DNA of 32,000 nucleotides from Mycobacterium tuberculosis H37Rv (GTDB lineage Bacteria; Actinomycetota; Actinomycetes; Mycobacteriales; Mycobacteriaceae): NCBI RefSeq assembly GCF_000195955.2, contig NC_000962.3, positions 810,001 to 842,000 of the forward strand, read 5' to 3'. Shown piece by piece: positions 31,737 to 32,000 of this stretch (position 1 is its first letter; each line of letters starts with the position of its first letter). The notes under the pieces were generated by a model. It saw only the letters and a program-made list of their open reading frames with translations, ran no database searches and was not told where the DNA came from. The position numbers and the translations under genes were made by a program.

Positions 31737-31910
31737 CTACGGCCGAAAGCCAAGGGCCTTCTTGGTCGGGGTGAAAAAGTTCAGACGCAGCGACACCAGC
31801 TGCCACAGCTGGTTGAGCAACTCCAGTTCCTCGGTGCTGTCGTAGCGCCAGTGGAACGCGTGTTTGCGCACCACACGGTTGTTCTTTCGACTCCACGTGC
31901 GCCTGGTCGT
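31737..31910 (-). pseudogene. Possible C-terminal relic of a transposase/integrase-like gene
   Basis: The minus strand reads ...RRTWSRKNNRVVRKHAFHWRYDSTEELELLNQLWQLVSLRLNFFTPTKKALGFRP* (stop at 31737-31739). It has the general Y-x-S-x-E-E-L...L..W...N look of DDE-transposase C-termini, but I cannot place the family. Confidence 0.25.
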
Positions 31911-31921
31911 TCGTCTGGTAC

Positions 31922-32000
31922 ACCAGGCTACCGGGCTATCGGATTCGGCCCCAAACCTCAGGAGCCGCCTCCGGATCCGGTGCCGTTTCCGCCCTACCAG
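31922..32000 (+). pseudogene. Paralogous fragment of the 20855-21661 gene, starting at its linker and running off the window (Rv0750 region)
   Basis: Reads PGYRAIGFGPKPQEPPPDPVPFPPYQ. 31941-32000 is 56/60 identical to 21188-21247. No N-domain homology lies upstream. Confidence 0.6.

Overview
This window is Mycobacterium tuberculosis complex chromosome. From memory, the gene order and protein lengths match H37Rv Rv0713 to about Rv0750; no database was searched. Nt 1-18900 is core genome. It holds the spc ribosomal-protein operon (rplN to rplO, with a MIRU-type repeat between rpsN and rpsH), sppA, and three paralogous SAM-methyltransferase genes, one of them frameshifted. Those paralogs flank an aldolase / 2-hydroxyacid dehydrogenase / FGGY kinase / GNAT cluster. 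After that come secY-adk-map and sigL-rslA with a recognisable SigL-type promoter. Nt 19700-32000 is an accessory mosaic: three PE_PGRS genes plus a PE_PGRS relic, an internally deleted ISL3/IS1557-like element, duplicated relics of a beta-hydroxyacid dehydrogenase and of a DUF1998 helicase C-terminus, and vapBC31. It also contains two uncharacterised two-gene modules, which are the most interesting content. The first is a two-domain protein with a Pro-rich linker plus a downstream acidic protein (20855-22303), a candidate polymorphic toxin/immunity pair; its linker recurs at the right window edge. The second is an overlapping HTH / nucleotidyltransferase-like pair (23886-24946), a candidate toxin-antitoxin or abortive-infection-like module. 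A conserved long hairpin element occurs three times directly 3' of plus-strand genes, and the third copy is cut by the IS remnant. I saw no rRNA, tRNA or CRISPR array.
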